Assembly: GCA_964016885.1 (NCBI GenBank)
Contig: OZ024740.1
Coordinates: 40,238,001-40,302,000, forward strand
Reading direction: 5' to 3'
Origin: Eledone cirrhosa
Taxonomy: Eukaryota
Length of the DNA: 64,000 nucleotides
The translations under genes were made by a program, and so were the position numbers. A model generated the notes under the pieces. The model was given only the letters and a program-made list of their open reading frames with translations, did no database searches and had not been told where the DNA came from. Numbering within the stretch: position 1 is the first letter of the stretch; each line of letters starts with the position of its first letter. Below, one piece after another: positions 52,672-61,883 of the stretch.

Positions 52672-52697
52672 CATCATCATCATCATCATCATCATCA
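52672..52697 (-). repeat. (TGA)n 3' tail of element A
   Basis: (CAT)8CA on the plus strand directly abutting satellite ...ctagtaca. Short tandem-repeat tails are typical of RTE-clade elements. Confidence 0.93.
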
Positions 52698-53034
52698 ACG
52701 TTTAACGTCCGTGTTCCACGCTTGCATGGGTTTGGACGGGGGTAGTCCCACTTGAGGCAAGAGTGATTGTCTTGCTCGCATAGGACTGTCTGGCAGGTTT
52801 TCTACAGTTGGATGCCCTTCCTAACACCAACCACATTTACAGTGTGGGTCTGGGAGGTTTTTACCGTGTTGCCTACACGGCCACATTACAGCGTGGACTG
52901 TGTGTTTTTTTGTCGTGACACCTACACGATCTCATTTGTTTCGGCCCGGATGGCGCGGCACCAACATAACTTTACATAGGACGGGGTGGTGTGGATGGGG
53001 TGGGGGTGGTGGTGGTGGGACGGGGTGTATTTTG
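52698..53034 (-). other. 3' UTR of element A (C-rich tract, ~50-bp internal duplication, conserved core, terminal stem-loop)
   Basis: Lies between the stop (53035-53037) and the tail. Shares ggttggtgttaggaagggcatccaRctgtagaaa and the terminal cccgtc..cccatgcWagcgtggaa..cggacgtWaaacg with element B. Confidence 0.85.
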
Positions 53035-55701
53035 TTAGAGATGCCTACTGGCAAGGCGGGTCTTCTCTGTTACTGAGTACCGCCAAAGGTCTCGGTCCAG
53101 TGACATTGTCTTGGAGAGGTGTAAGTGTGTGAGGTCGGAGTTTATCAGCTCGTCCCAGGTTTTTCTAGGTCTGCCTATTCCGTGGCTACCGTCTATCTTT
53201 ATTGCCCTGCACTTTGTTATACAGCTATCGACTTTCATGCGCATCACGTGTCCATACCAACGTAGCCTTCTCTCGAGTAAACAACATCTGATCCCTCTTA
53301 TCTCTAATTTTTTCCTTAGTTCGTTTATGCTTTGCCGTTCACGTATATTACTGTTACACATCCAGCGGAGCATGCAAGCTTCGTTCCTCTCTAGTCTGCG
53401 TATATCCTCTGCACACAATGCCCAGGTCTCACTGCCATGCAACATTGCTGTTCGTATGCAGGCATCGTACAACCTGCCTTTCATTTTTAGGGAGAACCCT
53501 TTAGCAGCTAATAGTGGTATAAGCTCTCTGAACTTTTTCCAACCAGTTCTGACTCTAGCTACAGTACTTTCAGAGCACCCTCCCCCACTGCTGATTTTAT
53601 CGCCCAGGTAACGGAAGCTGTCCACTATTTCTATAGAACCCTCTGCGCAATTGAAAGAGCTAGTATTGTGTGGGCACTTGCTGCTACTTATTGCACCAGA
53701 GCACCGGCCACATGTAAAATCTATGTTCTTAGTTAGCTTACCTGTGATCCCACTACATCTTTTATGCACCCATACTTTGCATTTAGGACACAAAATGGAG
53801 TTTCTACCTACGCCTTTCCTACACACCGAGCACGACCATTTCCCAGAAGGGACCGCCGCCTTGTTTTCTTTCCTACAAACTAGAACTTTGGTCTTAGCCA
53901 GGTTAATTTTAAGTCCTTTTGACTCTAGGCCGTGCTTCCATGTTTGGAATTTCTTCTCTAGCTCGGCCATTGATTCCGCTATGAGTGTCAGGTCGTCTGC
54001 GTATAGGAGTTCCCATGGGCAGCCTGTCTTGAACTCCTCTGTTATAGCCTGAAGGGCAATAATAAATAGTAGGGGGCTGAGAACAGAGCCCTGATGGACG
54101 CCAACTTTTACGCTAAACTCTTCACTATATTCGTTGTTAATTCTAACCTTGCTGACTGTTTCTTTATACATGGCTTGTATAGCCCTCACAAGCCATTCGT
54201 CAACGCCTAGTTTTCTAAGAGCCCACCAGATAATGGAGCGGGGGACTCTGTCGAAGGCTTTCTCCAAGTCGACAAAAGCTAAGTAGAGGGGTTTACCTTT
54301 AGCTAGGTACTTCTCCTGTAGTTGTCGTACTATGAAAAGAGCGTCTGTGGTACTTTTGCCTGACACAAACCCGAACTGCATTTCATCTAGGTCAATTCTC
54401 TCTCTGATTAGTTGCGCTATTACTTTTTCTGTGACCTTCATGACCTGGTCGATTAATTTAATGCCTCTATAGTTACTCCTATCTAGGGCGTCTCCTTTAC
54501 CCTTATAACAGTTAACGATGATGCTGCTATGCCAGTCCTTCGGAACAACCCCATTCTGTACGACTTGGTTAACTATGCGGGTGACCATGGTGTGTCCCAC
54601 CGTGCCAGATGCCTTCAGCATCTCAGCAACTATTTCCGAAGGCCCAGCCGCCTTACCTGTCTTCATATCCTTGATTGCCTTACTTATTATACTCCCCTCG
54701 AATAACACTGCTGGTCCCTCTATTGGGTCGACATGGGGGAGACTGTCTTTCTCCCATTTATTCTCCTCATTTAGTAGCCTTTCATAGTGACACTTCCAAG
54801 CTGCCTTCTTATCAGTGTCGGTGATGGCAAGTATGCCATCATCGTTAAGTACACACTTCTCCCCGACAATATCACGGTTTTCCTTGACGCATTGCCTAGC
54901 AATCCTGAACACCTCACGTTTTTGGTCATCGCGTTGTAGGACATGCTTGAACTTTCTTTCCTCAGCTTCCCTTCTTGCTAAGTACACTTCTCTCCTAGCT
55001 TCCCTCCTGGCCACTTGATAGTCTACTCTACTTCCCCCATCCCGCCATACTTTCCAAGCCTGCTTTTTGGCCTTAATTGACTCCTCCACCTTACTGTTCC
55101 ACCACCATGTTACTCTCCTCCTGCCTACAGGCCTGCTCCAGCCACAGACTTCGTCTGTGGCCAACAGCAGGTTTGCTTTCAGAAATTCCCACTGTCCCTC
55201 TATATTGTCCGACTCTAAGTGTTCTTCCTTACTGTCGAAAGCATCAAGTAATATGTTTTGAAATTTATTTTTGGCTGTGGGGTCCTTTAGCTTCCATATT
55301 TTTCTCCTGAGGATAGTCCTCTTCTGCTGTCGAGTACGTCTCGACCTGACTATGAGGTCGCTAATTATCAGTCTATGTTGGGAGGTGCATTCTTCATGGG
55401 GGAGGGATTTAGTGTTTACAACAGACACTCTGTCACGTCTTCTGGTAAGGATATAATCTACCTGGCTTGTGTGTTCCCCGGATCTATAGGTGATCAGGTG
55501 ATTGTCACGTTTTTTGAAGTTAGTGTTACAGATAGTTAGGTTATTTGCATCACAGAATTCCAGGATTCTGGAGCCTTCCTCATTTCTAGTACCAAACCCA
55601 TAGCCTCCATGGATTTCGTCGTAGCCGTCACAATGTTGCCCAACGTGACCATTTAGGTCGCCTGCAATAATTATATAGTCACTGTCAGATATTTCTACAA
55701 T
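53035..55701 (-). pseudogene. APE endonuclease/reverse transcriptase ORF of element A; uninterrupted but N-terminally truncated
   Basis: About 888 codons open with YADD at 53992-54003. It begins mid-endonuclease at (I)VEISDSDYIIIAGD. The ORF-track start at 55713 is a GTG inside the junction duplication, not a real start. Confidence 0.9.
53701..53832 (-). other. Cys4-His-Cys3 PHD-like zinc finger within element A ORF
   Basis: CSVC-RKGVGRNSIL-CPKC-KVWV-H-KR-C-SGITGKLTKNIDFT-CGRC, located between the RT core (KTKVL) and the FRYLG motif. Confidence 0.85.
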
Positions 55702-55733
55702 GTATATAGTCACTGTCAGATATTTCTACAATG
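55672..55733. repeat. Perfect 31-bp tandem duplication at the 5' junction of element A
   Basis: tatatagtcactgtcagatatttctacaatg occurs at 55672-55702 and again at 55703-55733. Confidence 0.95.
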
Positions 55734-58673
55734 TAGAACAATCACCAATACACAGACCATCACCATCACTAGTACAATGATATATACCTAGACAATGTAG
55801 AACATTCTCCCATAATACACAGACCATCACCATCACTAGCACAATGATATATACCTAGACAATCTAGAACATTCTCCAATAATACACAGACCATCACCAT
55901 CAGTACCACAATGATATATACCTAGACAATGTAGAACATTCTCCAATAATACACAGACCATCACCATCACTAGCACAATGATATATACCTAGACAATCTA
56001 CAACATTCTCCAATAATACACAGACCATCACCATCACTAGCACAAATATATATACCTAGATAATCTAGAAGACTCACCAATAATACACAGACCATCACCA
56101 TCACTAGCACAATGATATATACCTAGACAATGTAGAACACTCACTAATAATACACAGACCATCACCATCACTAGCACAATGACATATACCTAGACAAAGT
56201 AGAACATTCTCCAAAAATACACAGACCATCACTATCACTAGCACAATGATATATACCTAGACAATGTAGAACACTCACCAATAATACACAGACCATCACC
56301 ATCACTAGCACAATGATATATACCTAGACAATGTAGAACACTCACCAATAATACACAGACCATCACCATCACTAGTACAATGTAGAACATTCACCAATAC
56401 ACAGACCATCACCATCAGTAGTACAATGATATATACCTAGACAACGTAGAACACTCAACAATAATACACAGACCATCACCATCACTAGCACAATGATATA
56501 TACCTAGACAATGTAGAACACTCAACAATAATACACACACCATCACCATCACTAGTACAATGATATATACCTAGACAATGTAAAACATTCTCCAATAATA
56601 CACAGACCATCACCATCACTACCACAATGATATATACCTAGACAATGTAGAACACTCACCAATAATACACAGACCATCACCATCACTAGTACAGTGATAT
56701 ATACCTAGACAATGTAGAACATTCTCCAATAATACACAGACCATCACCATCACTAGCACAATGATATATACCTAGACAATGTAGAACATTCTCCAATAAT
56801 ACAGACCATCACCATCAGTACCACAATGATATATACCTAGACAATGTAGAACATTCTCCAATAATACACAGACCATCACCATCACTAGCACAATGATATA
56901 TACCTAGACAATGTAGAACATTCTCCAAAAATACACAGACCATCACCATCACTAGCACAATGATATATACCTAGACAATGTAGAACACTCACCAATAATA
57001 CACAGACCATCACCATCACTAGCACAATGATATATACCTAGACAATGTAGAACACTCACCAATAATACACAGACCATCACCATCACAATGATATATACCT
57101 AGACAATGTAGAACATTCAACAATAATACACAGACCATCACCATCACAATGATATATACCTTGACAATGTAGAACACTCACCAATAATACGCAGACCATC
57201 ACCATCACAATGATATATACCTTGACAATGTAGAACACTCACCAATAATACACAGACCATCACCATCACTACCACAATGATATATACCTAGACAATGTAG
57301 AACATTCAACAATAATACACAGATCATCACCATCACTACCACAATGATATATAAATAGACAATGTAGAACATTCTCCAAAAATACACAGACCATCACCAT
57401 CACTATCACAAATATATATACCTAGACAATGTAGAACATTTTCCAATAATACACAGACCATCACCATCACTAGCACAATGATATATACCTAGACAATGTA
57501 GAACATTCTCCAATAATACACAGACCATCACCATCACTAGCACAATGATATATACCTAGACAATGTAGAACATTCTCCAATAATACAGACCATCACCATC
57601 AGTACCACAATGATATATACCTAGACAATGTAGAACATTCTCCCATAATACACAGACCATCACCATCACTAGCACAATGATATATACCTAGACAATGTAG
57701 AACATTCTCCAATAATACACAGACCATCACCATCACTAGCACAATGATATATACCTAGACAATGTAGAACATTCTCCAATAATACACAGACCATCACCAT
57801 CACTACCAAAATGATATATACCTAGACAATGTAGAACATTCTCCCATAATACAGAGACCATCACCATCACTAGTACAATGATATATACCTAGACAATGTA
57901 GAACACTCAACAATAATACAGACCATCACCATCACTAGTACAATGATATATACCTAAACAATGTAGAACATTCTCCAATAATAAGCAGACCATCACCATC
58001 ACTAGTACAATGATATATACCTAAACAATGTAGAACATTCTCCAATAATACACAGACCATCACCATCACTAGCATAATGATATATACCTAAACAATGTAG
58101 AACATTCTCCAATAATACACAGACCATCACCATCACTAGTACAATGATATATACCTAGACAATGTAGAACATTCTCCAATAATACACAGACCATCACCAT
58201 CACTAGCACCATGATATATAAATAGACAATGTAGAACATTCTCCAAAAATACACAGACCATCACCATCACTAGTACAATGATATATACCTAGACAATGTA
58301 GAACACTCACTAATAATACACAGACCATCACCATCACTAGCACAATGACATATACCTAGACAATGTAGAACATTCAACAAAAATACACAGACCATCACCA
58401 TCACTAGTACAATGATATATACCTAGACAATGTAGAACATTCTCCAATAATACACAGACCATCACCATCACTACCAAAATGATATATACCTAGACAATGT
58501 AGAACAGTCTCCCATAATACACAGACCATCACCATCACTAGTACAATGATATATACCTAGACAATGTAGAACATTCTCCAAAAATACACAGACCATCACC
58601 ATCACTAGCACAATGATATATACCTAGACAATGTAGAACATTCTCCAAAAATACACAGACCATCACTATCACT
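55727..58673. repeat. 67-bp satellite, inter-element block (~44 monomers)
   Basis: Same unit and orientation as the main array. Includes 46-, 61- and 65-bp variant monomers in orders also seen at 45770-51900. Confidence 0.98.
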
Positions 58674-58799
58674 GGCGCATCCCAACACACCCTGCCATTA
58701 CCCCACCACCACTGTTCTTCTAGCCCTCAATTTTCCCACCGTTATGGATGGATGAGCTGGGAATACACGAGCAACTCTGAATCAATAGATGAAATATGA
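58674..58799 (+). other. Leader with open frame / short upstream ORF whose stop overlaps the main ATG (ATGA)
   Basis: Frame is open from the junction at 58674 to TGA at 58797-58799 (41 codons, internal ATG at 58752: MSWEYTSNSESIDEI*). The main ORF ATG is at 58796-58798. An open frame this short can arise by chance. Confidence 0.35.
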
Positions 58800-61700
58800 A
58801 TCTGCGAGCTACCAAGCACCCACGTGAAGCGCCAACCCAGAGACCCTCCCCTACGAGTGTCGACAAATGCCCAAAACTCCGAGTTGGTACCATCAATGTA
58901 GGCTCAATGAAAGGAAGAGCAGGAGAAATCGTAGAAATGCTAGAGCGAAAGGAAGTTGATGTATGCTGTGTGCAAGAGACTAGATGGAGAGGAGGGTCTG
59001 CTAGAGTCCTTGTAGGAAAAAGCCAGTGCTACAAATTTTTCTGGGTGGGAAATGACGATGGGATGGGTGGTGTAGGTATACTATTAGCTGACAAGTGGGT
59101 AGATAAAGTAATCTCAGTGTACAGGGTAAATGCAAGAATCATTAAACTCAGACTAGTCCTGAATAAGACAATTACCACAATAATATCAGCTTAAGGATAG
59201 GTTTTACGAGTCCCTAATACACACTACTGCTCTAACAGACGACAAGGACTTCCTAATCATTGCAGGAGATTTTAACGGACACGTAGGTAAACACTGCGAC
59301 GGCTTCAATAGAGTACATGGAGGCCATGGAGTTGGCACAAGGAATGAGGAAGGATTCAGACTTCTAGAATTCTGCGACGCCAATGACATGTCGATATGTA
59401 ACACAAACTTTAAAAAACCCGACAACCACCTGATCACCTATAGATCAGGGGAGCACTCTAGTCAGTTAGATTTTATCCTCATCAGAGGACGTGACAGATG
59501 GACGGTCGTAAACACAAAAGCCTTCCCTAGTGAGGAATGTACATCCCAACATAGCTTAGTTGTCAGCGACCTCACGGTCAGAACTAGACGAGCCCTGAAA
59601 CAGAGGCCAACCTGGAGAAGAAAGATCTGGAAGCTGAAAGTCCCCTCAACCAGTAACAGATTTAAAGATATTTTACTCAACGCCTACGACAGTAAAGAAG
59701 AACAGATAGAGACATTTAACGTAGAAGAGAACTGGGAGTTCCTAAAAAATAACTTACTAGAGGCGACGGATGAGGTTTGTGGCTGGAGTAAGACCTCAAG
59801 CAGGAGGAGAGTGACTTGGTGGTGGAACAATAAGGTAGATGAAGCAGTCAAGGCCAAGAGACAGGCATGGAAAGAATGGAAGAACGGGGGGAGCAGGGTA
59901 CATTACATAGAGACCAAGAGGGAAGCTAGGCGACAAGTATACTTAGCTAGGAGGGAAGCAGAGGATAGAAAATTCAAGCATGTTTTACAACGTGAGGACC
60001 AGAAACAGGAGGTATTCAAGATTGCGAGGCAGTGTGTCAGAGATAGTTGTGATGTCATTGGAGAGAAGTGTATCCGGAATGATAAAGGTGAGCTTGCCCT
60101 CACAAGTGCTGAGAAGAAAGATGCATGGAAGAGTCATTATGATAGATTACTAAATGAGGAGAATGCATGGGAAGAAGAGACCCTACCCCACGTAGACCCT
60201 ATAGAGGGACCAGCAGTACAAGTCAGCGGCAGCGTAGTAAGTAAGGCAATCAGAGATATGAAGATAGGGAAGGCAACCGGCCCATCGGGTATAGCTGCCG
60301 AGATGCTGAAGGCATCTGGGTCTGTAGGTCACACTATAACCACACGTATCGTTAACCAGGTAATACTAGAGGGGGCCATACCAAAAGATTGGTGCAGTAG
60401 CATCATTGTCAACTGCTACAAAGGTAAAGGCGATGCACTAGATAGAGGAAACTATAGAGGTATAAAGTTGATGGACCAGGTCATGAAAGTAACAGAAAGA
60501 GTTATAGCACAGCTGATTAGGGACCGGGTGAATATAGACGAGATGCAATTTGGGTTTGTACCAGGGAAAGGCACCACTGATGCCCTCTTCCTTGTGAGGC
60601 AATTACAGGAAAAGTACCTAGCTAAAAGTAAGCCACTCTACTTGGCATTTGTCGACCTTGAGAAAGCCTTTGACAGAGTTCCACGTGCAGTAATCTGGTG
60701 GGCTCTTAGAAAACTAGGAGTAGATGAATGGCTTGTGAAAGCGGTACAAGCCATGTATAGGGGAGCAGTCAGCAAAGTTAGGATTGGCAATGAGTATAGC
60801 GAGGAATTTAGCGTACAGGTTGGGGTCCACCAGGGCTCTGTTCTTAGCCCTCTCCTGTTCATCATAGTCCTGCAGGCAATAACGGAGGAGTTTAAGACCG
60901 GATGCCCATGGGAACTCCTGTATGCTGATGACCTCGCACTCATAGCTGAATCTATGGTAGAACTAGAGAATAAATTCCAAACCTGGAAGCAGGGACTAGA
61001 GAGAAAGGGCCTCAAAGTCAACATGACAAAGACTAAGGTCCTTGTAAGTAGACGAGAAAACAGAACCCAGATCCCCTCAGGGAAATGGCCTTGCTCAGTA
61101 TGTAGGAAAGGTGTAGGTAGGAACTCCATTCTCTGCCCCAAATGCAAACAATGGGTACACAAGAGATGTAGCGGGATCTCAGGAAGCTTAATTAAGAATG
61201 TAGGATTCACATGCAGCAGCTGTGCTGAAACAGCAAGCAAACAGCCACAGGAAACAAGCACCACCAATCTCTGGGAGGGCCCTGTAGAAACAGTAGACAG
61301 CTTCTGCTACCTAGGTGACCGAATTAGCAACGGAGGTGGGTGCTCAGAAAGTACAATAACTAGGGTAAGAACGGGATGGAAGAAGTTTAGGGAACTACTA
61401 CCACTGCTAGCTGCAAAAGGCTTCTCCCTCAGAATGAAAGGCAGACTGTATGATGCGTGTATCCGAACAGCGATGTTGCATGGTAGTGAGACCTGGGCGC
61501 TGAAGGTGGAAAACTTACGTAGATTAGAGAGAAACGAAGCCTGCATGCTCCGATGGATGTGTAACAGTAATATACGTGAACGACAAAGCATAAAGGAATT
61601 GAGAGAGAGACTGAGCATAAGAGGAATCAAATGCTGCGTGCAGGAGAGGCGGTTACGCTGGTATGGACATGTGATGCGTATGAAGGATGACAGCTGCATA

Positions 61701-61883
61701 AAAAGGTGCAGAGCACTAGAAGTTGATGGAAACCGCGGAGTGGGGAGACCCAAGATGACTTGGGATGAGGTGATAAAAGCCGACCTTACCCAACTACACC
61801 TCTCAAAGTCAATGACACACGACCGTGACTTCTGGCGTCACGCAGTAATACAGGGTACCCGACCTCCCATGGGTACATGCTGA
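58796..61883 (+). pseudogene. APE endonuclease/reverse transcriptase ORF of element B, split by a frameshifting deletion at ~59193
   Basis: Frame 1 reads ...TITTIISA* (stop 59192-59194). The +1 frame is open from 59193 (KDRFYESLIHTTALTDDKDFLIIAGDFNGHVG...) straight into the 831-aa ORF ending at 61883. The conserved APE YAP motif expected between them is missing. Confidence 0.9.
61092..61223 (+). other. Cys4-His-Cys3 PHD-like zinc finger within element B ORF
   Basis: CSVC-RKGVGRNSIL-CPKC-KQWV-H-KR-C-SGISGSLIKNVGFT-CSSC; all eight ligands are conserved with element A. Confidence 0.85.

Larger units (their letters stand above)
1..52673. repeat. 67-bp satellite DNA array, main block (~790 monomers, open at left window edge)
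   Basis: Unit atcaccatcactagcacaatgatatatacctagacaatgtagaacactcaccaataatacacagacc occupies 1-67 and restarts at 68. It continues in one orientation to ...catcactagtaca at 52673. Consensus counted by hand: 28 A, 18 C, 15 T, 6 G, no CpG. Confidence 0.99.
52672..55730 (-). mobile_element. RTE-clade non-LTR retrotransposon, element A (5'-truncated)
   Basis: Single ORF with the C-terminal half of an APE endonuclease (IIIAGDLNGHVG, SQVDYIL, SQHRL) and RT (QFGF, FVDLEKAFDRV, GVHQGSVLSPLLF, YADD, RLRWYGHVMR, GRPRKTW). Followed by a ~340-bp 3' UTR and a (TGA)n tail, with satellite on both sides. Confidence 0.95.

Noticed and set aside
1-52673. CRISPR-like array
   Set aside because: There are no unique spacers, the whole unit repeats, no cas genes are present, and the context is eukaryotic.
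52767-55456. Plus-strand ORFs overlapping element A (64-166 aa)
   Set aside because: Antisense shadow ORFs of the RT ORF and UTR with non-ATG or incidental starts. Their similarity to the shadows of element B just mirrors sense-strand conservation.
55702-55713. N-terminus MTIY of the 892-aa ORF as a true start
   Set aside because: It is a GTG inside the 31-bp junction duplication, and the protein begins mid-endonuclease.
10101-58254. Thirteen 60-69-aa minus-strand ORFs (e.g. MLVMVMVCVLL..., HCASDGDGLCIIGECSTLSRYISL) that look Cys-rich or hydrophobic
   Set aside because: They are translations of the 67-bp satellite. Because 67 is not a multiple of 3 the frames cycle, and ORFs appear only where a variant removes a stop. 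No evidence of coding function.
59185-59200. Programmed +1 frameshift at GCT TAA G
   Set aside because: The conserved YAP segment is physically missing, so a deletion explains the frame change.
53035-61883. Prokaryotic RT system (group II intron, retron, DGR) or telomere-maintaining retroelement array
   Set aside because: APE domain + RT + (TGA)n tail identifies non-LTR RTE-clade elements. There are no telomeric repeats and no head-to-tail element array.
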